Shown: piece after piece, positions 1-13,890 of the stretch
Numbering within the stretch: the stretch's first letter is position 1
Layout of the letters: each line of letters starts with the position of its first letter
NCBI GenBank assembly: GCA_026023565.1
Contig: JAPETS010000034.1
Coordinates: forward strand, 1-64,000
Origin: Cirrosporium novae-zelandiae
Taxonomy: Eukaryota
Direction: 5' to 3'
Length of the DNA: 64,000 nucleotides
Notes under the pieces: model-generated
What the model was told of the DNA's origin: nothing
What the model saw: the letters and a program-made list of their open reading frames with translations, nothing else
Databases searched by the model: none
Made by a program: the position numbers and the translations under genes

Positions 1-1053
1 GGGTAAAACTGGGGGGTCAATTGGTCCAATGATAAGATCTTGAGGCTCAATATGATTCAGCAAAGAACTTGATACCTGATTTTGCCTGAAAATGGTTATC
101 TGACCTATCATAATCCTTACATAACATCCCTACTAGCGGTAGCCATTGGAAGACGCTTTAGGAGATCTCGTTTACCCAAGGAACCGTGGTTGTTATTGTT
201 TTCCCTTATGGCTTAGTTTGTAGGTGTATGCCAGACACTTGGGACTATTTTTCTACTTTTGAGTTTCCTAGATGAATGGGATGATGCAAGTAGAGACCCC
301 CGTTAAGGTTTGAAAAATAAAACGGTGGTGCATATACTGCACAGTATTGTGGGGATATATAAAATGAGCTGAACGGCGGTGTGTGGAAGGAAACAAGTTC
401 AATCGGAAAGATAACCGCTTGTTATTGTCTCGAGGATTAATTAATGAATGTATAATTACATGGCATTACGTGGTTAATTTAATTTAATTGCAAGCATGGG
501 ACTTTCTTTGCTTTACTTGGTTCTGGAACTTGAATCCATCAATTGTCCAACACATGTACAGTATGTATGTATGTCTGGAACAAACCAAAAAACCTTTCTA
601 TGTTAAACAAGTTTGTCCCCAAAAATAAAAATAAAACCTGTTAATTGATAAAAAACTAGCTAACTATGTAAAAAAAATGATGGTTAGTGGTGGTGGGGTA
701 AATAAATCAATAACTTCCCCCCTTCTTTGAAAAAAAAAAACAAATCGGAGATTGGTTGGTTGGTTGAGATAAGTTGTTGGTTTTAGCAACTCGATCAATT
801 TGTCGGTTCGGTTACACAAATAGAACAACGAAAAGAAAAACAAACATTCCAAGACCGGGCTTCTACTTCTTACTTCCCCCCTTGTCTCTGTCCTTGTCGT
901 TCTTTGCCGCCTCCTAAAATAGAAAATTAATATCAAACAAATCCATGCTCCATGCTCCATGCTCCTCCTCCGCCCTCCCCCCCTCCGTGCTCATAACTAC
1001 TGCCAACCAGTACGTACCAGGTAATTAAAAAACCTGAGGCAAACACACTACAC

Positions 1054-2029
1054 TGGCACACTGACACACACACACACACACACACCAAACGGTTCAATCA
1101 AACAAGGGTGTATTGTTTCCACTTTTTCTTTTCCCCGACAAAGCTGCTTTGCAGTAATTAGCTTTCCGACTTCAGATCCTGGTAGCTTTGGTAGCCACTA
1201 CACCCCCACCAACCGACCACTTGCGCTACCGTGCCTTGCTCTCTCTTTTTCCTTTCCTTGGGAATCTCATACTTGTATTACTAGTACTTTATGGCTGGTT
1301 GGTTGGTGGGGCACGAGATTGAGCTGTTCATTCAATGTAGCTGTCGCATGCTGTTTTTATGGTGTATTGGCATGTATGTATGTATGGGGGGGGGGGAGGT
1401 CTTGCTTATAGATAAAACCCCTACCATTATAATTCCTAAATGGGAAGAGGGTGGTGTCATAGTTTGTTGTTGTTGTACTTGTGTACTTGAACAAGCCTAG
1501 AACCTTATGATGTCAGTGTTCTGAAGAAGGAAAAAATGGAGGAGAAAAAAATACAACTTGCTGGTCATCCATCTCCCTCCAGGTACTTTTGTACCATTAA
1601 GTTATTTTTTTTTTCTTTTTCTTTTTTCACAACACACCTCTTTGATTTTTTGCTTTTCTCTATCAATTAAACAAGAATATAATTCTCGAATTAATTATTA
1701 GCTTACGTATAAACACATTTTCTATATTAAAAAAAGGCCCAACTTAATAACAATAACAATACTAATAATAATAATAATAATAAACCACACCACATACATT
1801 AACAATTATGAAGTATAGTAGTTAAAAAATAAATTAAAAAGCTGCAAGAGATTCTTCATCGAGCCATCCCATCATCATCATCATCATCATCATCATCACC
1901 CATCGCGATGCGCCTCCCGAGTCATCACCCATACAAAAACCCCAATTCTAATCCCAATCCCAATCCCGCCTCACTATCCACCCCCTCCATCCTATTCAAT
2001 CGCAGACCTCCAACATACCATACAACCCA

Positions 2030-2063
<34 letters not shown>

Positions 2064-2070
2064 CATACCG
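1054..2070. repeat. Cluster of microsatellites: (CA)n ~1064-1085, (AAT)n ~1765-1783, (CAT)n ~1870-1897, (ACAT)n ~2030-2067
   Basis: Directly visible simple repeats in a gene-free stretch. Confidence 0.9.
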
Positions 2071-3529
2071 TACATCCATAACCTCGCTCCCCTCACTCCC
2101 CTCGCTGCCCTCACACCCACAGCCCCAATATCCATCCTCCGTAGAAAACATCATCGTCATCTCTATCAGCCCAGCGAGCCAGCTTTTCTTTCCCAAAAAA
2201 AGCCAAGGCCTAGATAGACGACCACAAATAAATAAAACCGATTGAGAATAGATAATTGACTACCTAAGGCAACTACCCACCCCTAGTACAAAGAGTAACC
2301 CCACCAATTCCCCCTTCAATTCCATTCCTTCTTCAACCTCTTCATCGAAATTCTTTGGGTTTTTTGGGGTCATACGAACCCAACCCACTATCCCATCCAT
2401 CCATCCATTCATCCATTCATCCATCCATTCATCATCCCAAGCACCTCAACCCAGCCCAGCCCAACACCCCTTGTATGATTTATTTCGAGTTGCTTTGCTT
2501 TGTTCGCATTGCTCACTTTTGGGCAGCAATGCTTTTTGTTTTTTTTGTTTTTGTTTTTGTTTTGTTTTTGTTTTGTTTTTTGCCTGTTCTGATTTTTTTG
2601 GAGGGGTGAGGAGGGGGTGTTGAGCTATAGATTGTGTACTGTGTATGTATGCATGCACGCCTATATGTTTGGGCGCATGGGGCCCGCCTACTTTTTCTTC
2701 ATGTGCTTGTGCAAGGTACAAAACGTTGTTAATTGGGATTGGGAATGTTTTATGTTTATTACCTGCTCGGAATCTGTATATTGTCTCACATCAGCATAGA
2801 AGGTAGGTGAAGCAAGTCGAAGGAATCTTGATCATTCATCGTCATTTATATGTATCCATTAATGTATGCCGAATTGTTCAGCGATTCAGAGATGAGGCAT
2901 CCCATCACTGACGGGTATTTTTTGTGGCAAATATATTCATTGGAATAACAATAGAAGAAGTCGAAGTCGGTGAGAGATGACATGGTTCACTATTTTGCAT
3001 TGATGTTTTGTATTTTCAATCTGTTTTGACTGGATTATCACCAGCGTCTTTTATCCATCCCGACCCCCTACCCTATCCCATCCTTTTAAGATGAGTAGAG
3101 TACACACCGTAGTAAAGGTATTTTCACAAAAGCACAACATAACTATGAAATTTGCCTTGTACTGTTCTTCTCAAGACCAAGGTTAGGTGGCCACCAGTAC
3201 AAATAACCCATAAACACCCATAAATCACAAGCTCATCCCTCACCCAGATAGGGTTACTGAACGCCCAGATATTGTAGGAAAGCCAGCCAAAGCTATGCAT
3301 GCACACGCGGGCTAAAGCGCCACGTTCAAAATGCCACCCATCCGATGCCGTCATCGTCCATTATCCCATTACTTCCCATTCCCCCTGACCCATCAGAGGT
3401 CCAGTAGCCGAGTGAAAAGCCGTTTGCGCTTGTAGAACAAAAATCTATACTTACTAGAAAAAAGCCGAGATTAGATAAATAGGTAGTTGCGCTGGCGCGC
3501 GAATTTCTTCCAAAAAGAAACCATTTAAA

Positions 3530-6462
3530 TCACTTGGACTTGTAGCCGCTAGTGGGTGTCATAGGTATGAGTGTTCCGCCACGCTCATCTTCACTTTGAC
3601 TAGCGCTTGGACTTCCGCTGTCGGAAACGCCTTCTCGAGCTTGCCTTTGCAGCTTCTCCGCTTGTTTACGGAGGGTCTGCGCTTCATCTGCAACTTTCTG
3701 GGCCTTGCTTTGCTTCCTCCACATGCTGGCATATCTTCCTTTCTTCGCTAGAAGCTGTTCGTGAGTACCATGTTCGGCTACATGACCATTGTGGAGAACG
3801 AGTATTTGGTTCGCGGTGGTAATGGTACTTAGACGATGGGCTATTACTAGCATTGTTCTGCCTTGCTGGAGAGTGGTGAGTGCCGATTGAATATGCTGTT
3901 CAGTATCTGTATCGAGGGCTGCTGTTGCTTCGTCAAGAAGGATTATCCGCGGGTTCTTGAGGATGGTCCGGGCTATCGCAACTCGCTGCTTCTCACCTCC
4001 ACTTAGCCGTAGACCCCGCTCTCCAACCGGAGTATTGTAACCGTCAGGGAAACCAACGATCCTATCGTGTATGCTAGCAGCTCGGCAGGCTTCATATACT
4101 TCTTCGTCCGTTGCTGATTGCCTTGCATACTTAAGATTGTACATTATTGTTTCGTTGAAGAGAACCGTATCCTGCGGGACCACCCCGATATGACTGCGAA
4201 GTGAATCGATGGTAATTTGATCAACATCACGGTTGTCGACTAGAATTCTTCCCGAACTAGCAGCATAGAACCGGAACAGAAGTCGGAAGATGGTGGATTT
4301 TCCTCCGCCAGATTCGCCGACCAGTGCGGTGGTTGTTCCCGGCTCGCAATGGAAACTAATATCGCTAAGGGCAGTCTTGCGGTCGTCGTAAGCAAAATGC
4401 ACATTTTCGAATCGAATATCACCCTCGCAACACGGAAGTTCGGAGCTATCTGGTTCGTCTATCACTGTGGGCTGCTCCTTAAAAAGTTCGAGTAGTCGCT
4501 CTGCATTGATCATACCATTTTGAATACTACGATAGAATGTACCAAAATAGTTCAAAGGCTGTTGCAATTGAGCCATATAAGTTAGCAGGGTAACAAAATT
4601 TCCGACCCTCAGTTGGTTTCTGGTAACTTGGTAAGCGGCTATAAAGCACACAATAAGAAGACCCAAGGTGAAGCAGCATGATTGTGCAACATTTAGAAGC
4701 TGAAGTGAACATTGAGTCTCATATTCAGCCTGTTGAAATCTGGCCACGATACCCCGGTATCGTGAAAATTCGTATCCTTCGGCATTGAAGTATTTAACTG
4801 TTTCATACGACATCAAAGAATCATTTCTGTATATGTCAGCCCTGCTAGGGAGAAGTAGCAGCTTAAAACTTACTTTATTGCGTCCTCTTCTCGGGCTAGC
4901 TTCGTCTGGTTTCGTTTCGCTTCAGATCTTCGCTGTGCCAGGCGAACTGTGACGTATAAATAGCAAAGGGTTATTATGGCCACAACAAGTGCGTAATACG
5001 CATCAAATACGACTAGGAAGTAGGTGAATGCCACAATGAGATCGATTAGCATGGGAAACACCTCAAAGGTTATTCCGGAAAGGAAATTATTGATCGAATT
5101 TCCTTTACTGAGAGCAGACAAGACTTCTCCTGTCCTTTTACCCAGATGGAAGTCTAGACTCAACGAATGCACATGTTCAAACGATGCAGCCGTAAGTTCA
5201 CGGTAACAGTACTGTGAAACTGGAACCCAGAGCATATCACGCGCATTTCCAATCAAGCCGCTACTCCCTTGGAGTGCGCGGTAAAGTATGTAGAAGAGTA
5301 TTGAGCCCCATGGAATTCCTGTTTGTTCTCCATATACACCAGAAAGTGTGTCAGTGACAACCCCTATTTGGTATGGAACCAATACATTCACCACTCGTTG
5401 GCTCATAAGAAGGATGAAGCAAAGTAGAACGGTCAACTGCAGCCTGGGAGATTTAGAGGGCCACAGGTATGGAAAGAAAACAGTATACCCTCGCAGGTAT
5501 TCATACCACGACTTTGAAGGCACACCCTCGGGTCTAACCCAGCCAGGTTCAAAATGTTCTGCTTCGTCATGTTCAATTGTACCATATGATCTTCCGTTAA
5601 GACAGGAACCTTCGTCATCTGAGTTTTCATGGAGTCTTGTTGTTTCAGAAGGTAATCCATTCTCACTAGCTGTTGAATGATGATGTTCCGATTTTGCACC
5701 CCTTGTGAAGAAGGTAAAAAACCCAGTAAGACAAAATAAAAAGAACAGACGGAGCATGTCTGCAAGAATTTGTCCAACTTCCCAATCAGTTATGGACCTT
5801 CTGAGTTCACCGCCATTTAGATCTCCCACTTTGGGTTCGTAATGGTCTTGTGTGTAAAGAGTAAGGGTTGTGCTGAATATAAAGATGTCCATTACTGCTG
5901 CTAAACTCCATGTCACACAATGTACCCACGTTGGAGAAGGGTGGGTGTCAATCAAGGAAACGAGGACAAGAAGGTAGACGAAAAAGGAGCCAACTATGTA
6001 AATCTGAAAGTTATGGGCGTCAGTCTTAAAAGTGTTGAGGAGACTATGTCAAGTACATACTACGTATGGTTCCCCACACCACCAGTCCGCATCACGACTG
6101 AGGAGAGAGCGGCAGATGACAATGGCAGCATTAGCAACGAATGTAGCGAGAACAAGAATGATTGTCCAGTTGAAAGCAAGCTTTCTGGCACCTGAGAAAT
6201 CTTTAGATTCTCTCCATCTCTGTTCGGCGGAGGAGCTTCGATGATGTTTTGGAAGAGGTTTTCCTCCTGGTCCTGTTTGGATCGAGGGAGGTTTCGCATC
6301 CACATCAACTCGAGCAGTGATAACGCCGTATATCATGAAGGCGCCCATGAATGTGAAGAGAAGAACGATCGGATAGGCATAGTGCATATACTTAAGCATA
6401 TTCCTAGCCTGCTCGCTGGAAATAATCGGCTGAGCAGCCCCAACGAAGGACGATGGATCCAT
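3530..6462 (-). CDS. HMT1: Heavy-metal tolerance half-size ABC transporter (HMT1/ABCB6-like), 3 exons: 6462-6061, 6003-4874, 4826-3530 (~942 aa)
   Basis: Walker A GESGGGKST, signature LSGGEKQR, Walker B ILLDEAT; ABC membrane domain (LSLDFHLGKRTGEV); extra N-terminal TM region. Introns 6060-6004 (GTATGT..CTGAC..CAG) and 4873-4827 (GTAAGT..CTGAC..CAG) join the three ORFs in frame. Confidence 0.93.
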
Positions 6463-7917
6463 GGCGGGGTCTTTGGGAACGAGCGACTCGATCGATATAT
6501 TATACTGTCCCCATCTACTTCAAGAACACCCAGAGTGGCCACTAGTCGATGGCATGTTATTTGTATGAACACGCCAGGCCTGGGCAGTCATCTGATCCAA
6601 CATTGAGTTAGCGGAAGCTCGGGCAGTTGACCATAAAAAGCAGAGTGAGGCCTGGAAGGCGGGAGTACCTGATGGTTGAGATCTGGTGGAGAATGGAAGG
6701 GAAGGGGGGGTTAGATGTGCTGGCAGTAATACAGTGTCGAGGGTTCGATCCAAAAGAATGACTTGTCAAGAAGATATTTGTAGAAGATGCTGAAGGAAGG
6801 AGTAGTGAGAGAACTCCTATGAATAGTTGCAGTACATATGGGAGAGTGAATAGGAAATTGAAAGAGTTCAACTAGACTGAAAGAAAGGGCTCTTAGCTCA
6901 AATTCAGACAAAGTCTAGGCGGTGAAGTGAAAAGGCCGGCAATATGGTTATGGAAAGGACCCGGGAAGGAGACTAAGCAACTAAAGGTACCTTTATGCAA
7001 AGTGGAACCGGGGCCCGCACAGACAATCACTGCCACTGACTGCCACGGACTGCCACTTGGGTGCTCCACCGGTACCTCCCTGGGTCACTAAACCACACCG
7101 GAACCACACCAGCCTTCTGCATGCAGCGTCAACGGCACAGTTCAATAACCATTTCAAGACTTTCTACAGGTCGTGGGATTGTGCGATTGTTCCGAATCAC
7201 TCGAGCCACCGTAAGACTTTTTCTTTTTTTTTCTAAGGTCAATTCTTGTATTTTCTTGTACTTTGAGTAGATTTTTTTAATTACTCGTAGTGTTTGCCCA
7301 GCCCAAACAGGGAAAAAAAGGAAAAGAGGGAAAAGAGGCCTGGATGGTCCAGAAGGTCCGCGAAAAGGTCGACAGGGGATGGACCAAGGAAAACCAAGAG
7401 AAGATGGCCTCAGGCCTTCAGACCTTTAGACCCCCCCAGATAGCCTATCGAACGCGTATCGATCATCCGTAAGGTACAAAACTATCTCAAACCAACATGG
7501 GGAAAAAATAATAAGAAAATAGGTAATCATGTACGGTAACTATTCTTACCTACGACAGGCTACCAAGCCTTTCCACCAACTATCACCACCATCATCAAAA
7601 TAAACGCCACCCTTTAATTGCCCGTCAGTGCCATAAAACAAAAACCACTCTCTCCCTTTCAACTCGTTAAATTCATCAACGGCTGAAAAGGGACTGCAGA
7701 TGAACTACGTTTTTTTTAATTCAATTCCAACTCCATCCATGATTCCCCGAGCAGCAAACATTTCTCACACTACAATGCCAGAACGAGCGACCGACAGACA
7801 CATCTCATCATCTACCATCTAACCCGAGGGGTCATCACGCCTTCTTAAGAATCCACGTCAGATGGATAAGCAACCCGCAACTATCGCCTTCAGCCACTTT
7901 TTTCATGGAGCATCGTC

Positions 7918-10900
7918 ATGGCCGACCTAAACAACCCAGCTCCCCCTCCCCCTGCTCCTCCTTTGCCTCCCCCCAAATATGGCAACCGCGCCACAAATGC
8001 TATTGTCCGCTTCGCTCAACCCTTCATATATGGTTCGAGACCACCAACATCGTCGCAAGCATCGCAGACCAGCCAAACTAGCCGTCCCGATGGTGGTGTC
8101 AAGGCTGGTCCTAGGACGAGCTATGCTCGATCTCCAGTGTATGTCAACCTTCGGCTCCATCGTCCCAGCTGACGTTGACATCGGTTAACCACATATCTGG
8201 AAATTGCTAACCACTCCTGACCAGCCCTCTGTCGTCCCAGATGACAACACATAAGACCGGCATACCGATTGACGCCCTGGACATATCTCCACAGCGTACC
8301 CATGTCATTCTCGCCGGTAGGGAAATCCTGAAAACTGTTCGTGTAGCTGGCACAAATTGTACAGAAGAATTCAATCTCCGCTCGGCCATTATTGCCTATG
8401 CTTCAACACATAACCAAGGTGGAACGAATGCATCTATCAGAAATAAAGAGCAGTTGGCCGCTAAGGATGTCAAGTGGTCTCATGGAAGGTTCGAGACATT
8501 CATTGCGACAGCTGCTGCGAACGGCCACATCATAGTTTACGATCTTACTAGAGCTGGGGTCGCTTCCGCTCACTTTCACGAACACAGTCGGCCGGTACAC
8601 AAGCTTGCCTTTAATCCACATGAAGGCGCCTATCTGTTATCTGCTAGTCAAGACGGCACAGTCAAGTTATGGGATCTGCGCAATAGAGCTAGCGATCATG
8701 GTGTGATGACATGTCGAAGCAAAAACACGTATATGGGAAACAGTGAATGCATTCGAGATGTGAAATGGTCTCCAGAGGATGGTGTGGAATTTGCATTTTG
8801 CACAGATACAGGATCAGTTCAAAAGTGGGATACGAGAAAGTGCAACGCACCTTTACTAAAGATAAACGCTCATGAAAAACCATGTTTGTCGATCGATTGG
8901 CATCATGATGGGAAGCACCTACTTAGCGCAGGTGGCGATAAACACGTTAAGGTGTGGAATTTTTCGTCATCGGATCGGCGGATGAAGCCAACCTGGGATC
9001 TCCATACGCCTCAAATTGTTACGAATGCGCGGTGGCGACCGTTGCTTTGGTCGAACGAACAGCAAGACTCGCAAAACCCAGGAAGTTGGCAATCCACCTT
9101 TATAGCAACATCTTACGATCACAAAGACCCAAGAATTCATGTCTGGGATTTTAAACGCCCTCATATTCCAGTTTATGAGTATGATAGATACAACCATTCG
9201 CCTGCGGATTTACTTTGGTGTTCTGAGGACCTCCTCTGGACCGTTGGCCCTGAAGGAATCTTCACCCAAATTGACATGAATTTTAGTACAAGAATTTTGG
9301 AGCGGAGAAGCTTTTGCTCCCTTGATTGGGGCTCTGACGGAGAACTCGTATTTTTTACTCAAAAGCGTCCTACAATACGGAGCGTGACACTTGGAGGAGA
9401 CACATCCTCGGGATCTTATGAGCCCCAGCGGCTCCAAAGCGGCAGTGAAAAAACCAGCGATAGTCACAGCATGACAGATGAGGTTCCAGATGAAAGCATG
9501 CTAAGTACCTCATGGCAAAAACGTCTCAACAGCAAATCTTCAAGCGCAAAATCATCTTCTAAATCTCTAAGCAGTACTCCCCCATCTGTCCCTCAATCAA
9601 AATTGACAATTGGTCTCTCCGAAGCTATGGAGAAAGTTAGTCAATCGATACCTACACAGATTGGTGCTCGAGGTCATGTGTATGGTGCGACCTTCGATCT
9701 GGATTCCTTCAAATACTTAGCCAAGGCTTATTCGTTGCTACCGAAAACAAAATCCTTATCTGATGCGTTAAATCTCCCCCAAAAGCTTCTAGAAGCCTGC
9801 CAAGAAAATGCTAGACATGCAAAATATGTAGGCATGTATCGTCTTAGCCAGACGTGGATGATAGTTGGCTTAGCGCTCCACGACGAACTTCTCCAGCGTA
9901 TTATACCCAAGGAATTACAAGAGACTAAAAGTATTACTGCTCCTGCGGACAATGCAGAATCTACACAAGAACCACAGGCCCAACTCGTGGATTACCAAAA
10001 TAAAATACCAGCTACTGAAAATATAGTCATACCTGCAGGTCCTGTGTCTGACTTAAATGCTAGTCTTCATGCTGAAAGTACATCGAACATGACCACACCA
10101 ACTGCCCGGCCAGTCAGTGACAAGGCACCTGGGGATCAGCTACCCGATCTTCCTCCTGATCAAGACAAGCATCTAGATTTACCTCCAGCTGCATTCAAAC
10201 AGGACGAATTTGCTAAATCTGCACCTTCCGGAGGCCCGGTCCGTGAAATTGCCTTAAACGAGGAACCATCTTTACTCGACCATGCCAATTTTTCACGTTC
10301 CTGGCGGCCAAATCGAGAAGAGGGTATCGAGGACCCAAGAGCAGCCATTCGTGATTACAAGGCAACAGAACGTCCCCCTTTAAGCTATGATCTTCCGTCC
10401 ATGCATCCAGGCTTAATGGGAAGGCATGACTCGAACGAGAGTTTCCAGATGTTTTCAGTATCCGCTGGTAGCTCCCGTCGAGATAAATCATTATCAGGTT
10501 CACTTGCAGAAAGCCAGGATTCCATCAATCTCAACTCATCTCCAGATCTAGATGGATGGGAGACTGATGGAAGCCCTCTAACCAATAGATATCCACGTCC
10601 AAGTCTTAGTTCTAATGATAGCTTCGCATCCGGCGTAGGCGATGGTTTGAGTGGAGATTCGCTACAAGACAACTATCAAGAATTAAGCAGAAGTGCTCTT
10701 AGTAGTCGGGAACGCGAACCACCTGATCACCATCTTTTACCAGCAAGAATCAAGCCAATGCAACCATTGATAGAGTATGAGGAGCAGTCTTTTGCCCCTA
10801 TGACTGTGCCGCAAGCCTATAATTCCGTAAATACGGATTTATCCGACCATAATATTGATCTTGATGATAGTTTGTATGAAGGTGATAGCTACATACCTCC

Positions 10901-11753
10901 TTGGACAGCCAGCAAGATCATTCCTCGACTTGTTAATTATCACCTAGAGGACCTATTTGATTTCCAGTTCCCTGCCCAGATACTCCTCTATCTTCAGTCA
11001 AATCTTAATCAAAAAAATAGGATAATCCCTTTTCACCTGGTAAAGGCGATCTTTACGGCCTATCATGAACAGCTTTTCCGAAATCTACCTATGAAAGCAG
11101 TTGAATTTCGAAAATCGCTGCATCATTCTTATTCTTCAGTCTACGACTTTGCCAGGGAAAATGTTACTATCAAGCCATACTGCCAGGAATGCCACAAACC
11201 CTTTGAATTTGCAAGTCCTAGTCAGAGTGATCTCCTAGTCTGTGATCGGTGTAAGGGTGTTCAAGCAATGTGTCCAGTTTGCTGGTCCCGGGATCCTCCG
11301 AGTTCTATTGTATCGTTAGCAGACAACAAACAGAAGGAAGAAGGTGCCTTGTGGTCGTGGTGCCAAGGTTGTGGACATGGTGGTCATGTTGTTTGTATGC
11401 GATATTGGTTCTCTGATACCGAGATCAGCGAGGGAGGCTGCGCGACGCAGGGATGCTTCCATGATTGCTGTATCGGCAAGCGGAAAAAGGAGCGGAAACT
11501 CCGGCGAGAGAAAGAGACTAAACGGAGAAAAGGCCTAGCCAAGCGAGACAGCTGGGTTGCGAATGAGAGCAGAGCCGTTGAGAAGACGAGAGGTGTCCTA
11601 GCTGCCAATGGTGGAACGACCAACCTGCTGAGTGGTTCTGGGAGTGGCGGGAAAAGAGTTAGGCTCGTGATTCCGGATGATGAAGATCTGACCGAAGAGC
11701 AGAACAAGGGTGGATACGGGGAACGTAGAGGTAGCTCCCGATCACGGTATTGA
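7918..11753 (+). CDS. RTC1: SEA/GATOR2 complex WD40-RING subunit (Rtc1/Sea2/WDR24); exons 7918-8138, 8225-11753
   Basis: N-terminal WD40 repeats (LLSASQDGTVKLWD, LLSAGGDKHVKVWN); C-terminal CPVC...WCQGCGHGGHVVCMRYWF...C RING-like motif; intron 8139-8224 (GTATGT..GCTAAC..CAG) links the 7918 ORF in frame. Confidence 0.88.
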
Positions 11754-12272
11754 TCTGGTAGTGGGATGGTTTTAATGACACGGAAATACAAGGATAGGAT
11801 ATTGGTCTGTAGGGGGATGGTATTACTGGGGGGCTAAGGCTTGGTGGGGATAAGTTATGATACCCATAAAAGGATGAGCTTCCTTAAACTTGGATGATTT
11901 ATTGGATTCGAAGTAGTCATTGTTGGATTTGGCATGCGCTTGGAACAGGTCTGGGGTAATGTATACATAGTACATTGTATTTATATAGAAATACAGCGGG
12001 TCAGAAGACTTGGGGGGGTCGTCTGGGTAATTTTAATTTATAATTACTTTTGACATCTGAAAGCGTTACTTAGTAGAGAAGCATTTTTTTGCCTCCAAAC
12101 CCAATATAAATAATTAATGTCGGAGGTGGTCAATGGTCAAGTAAGCCATGGGGCGCAGATGACCTCTCGGTTGGGCCATTGACTCCGAAGTCTCCGAATG
12201 AAGAAAAACGTAATTAATAGATTCAAACCTTTCACGTTCAGCCACGGAAAAATCTACTCCTTGTCTTGAACT

Positions 12273-13890
12273 CTATGTACAACGGATTGATGACAATTCT
12301 CCCTTTCCATGGGTTCGGGGCCTCAGACCAACTTTCTGCCATTGCTTTACATCATCTCCACCACCACCGACACCATTTCCGCACCAGCCACTTTTGATAA
12401 GTCTCAGTTCTTTCTCGCAGGGATCTGCGGAGAAGGACACCTTGAGTCCCGAATATGGCCCATGACCATCCACCATCGACTTCTGATGAAAATGATTCAG
12501 CACCAGTCTCGCAATCATGACTGATGTGAAAACCGCCGTTGCGTTTCCCGTATTAAAGGACCAGATAACCTCGATGTTTTCTCGTCCAGCTACCTTACAG
12601 ACTTCACTTTTAAAAGTGTGCTCGGTGACGTTGTGAAATAGACCGCTGAGCGCGAAAGTCAGCCGTCGTCGCTCCCGTCTCATCGATCTCATCCCCTTGA
12701 TCTCATCGTCGAGGGGATATGGTCTCTCTCCTCTTTCTATTTTGATTCCTGACCCGTAGATGCCATTACCCGTTTCGTCAATGTATTTCTGACTTTCGTG
12801 CATGAATTCTGAGGCGTCGTCCGCCTCCTGGAAGATAATGCAGCATCGCTTTCTGTAGTTGGTGCTCGGATCGAACGCGATTGACATGAGGGGCCCCGTG
12901 TGGATTTGGGAAGTAAGGAATGAGTATGTTGCGCCCGCCAGGTTGCCTGATATCCACACGATACGGAGTTGACATTCTGCTGGCTCCTGGGGCTCTTGCG
13001 GCGATAGCTGCTCCTCTCCTTGGATAGCTTCTTCCGTAGGCGACTTTTCCGGAATGCTACTGGCAACAATATTTGCCCAACTGTTGGTGGGCATCGCAGC
13101 CTGTTTTTGACTCGGTGAGGGGGGGGAGACTTCGGGTTTCTGTGCAGGCTGGCATGAGAGCTAAACCGAACAGTATTAGCATCTTCATCTTCATCCCAAG
13201 GTAAATCATAATTTCCCAAAAGGAATCTCCTAGGATTGTGCCTCACACACGGAGAACGATCTGACCTCAAATCCCCAAAACCTTAACCACACCTTTCCCA
13301 GAAAAGATTCCACCATTGCATAAAATAACGTACCTGCATTGCTTTTCCCCCCTCCTCTCTCTCTTCTCCCCCTCTAACAAACCCCTCTGCGTCCATCTCC
13401 AACGCGGCCATCGTAAAAGTCAGACAAATCCCATTAATCATCCTCGCACACTTATTCGCTTCTTCCGGAAAATATTCTCGCAGCTATCATTAAATCAGCT
13501 ACCAATTTTTTTGTGAAAATTGTCAATCAATCATTTTTTCTCTTTTTTCGTTAGGTGTGTATGTATGAGGGAAATATTTGAGATAAGCACCTTCTAAACC
13601 TAACATACCTGCTTCGTGGCTTCCTGCAGCAAAGGCAATGCTTCATAAAAGTTATTAATCATTTCTTGAGATGCCCGAGAGGAATTCTTTTGCATTTTGA
13701 AGGAGGCGTCGTTGTCTTGCTCTTCCTTCTTCACTTTCTGAGAAGGAGGGAGAAGGGGGGTAGCCGGTGTAACGGCTGGAGGAGATGTTGGAGATATGGG
13801 ATTGGAATTGGGATTTGGTCCAGGATTGGGGTTCAAGAGAGGGATGGTGGCGATGATGGGGGATGGATGATATCCATATGATCGTGACAT
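12273..13890 (-). CDS. Hypothetical protein with tandem divergent RRM-like domains; exons 13890-13609, 13483-13334, 13160-12273 (~439 aa)
   Basis: Phase-0 introns 13608-13484 (GTATGT..TAG) and 13333-13161 (GTACGT..GCTAAT..TAG) give one open frame. RRM-like segments RIVWISGN..CCIIFQEADDASEF and RRLTF..NATAVFTSV..KVSFSADPC. Confidence 0.7.

Noticed and set aside
664..2799. Short ORFs in the first 3 kb
   Set aside because: Translations derive from microsatellites and low-complexity tracts.
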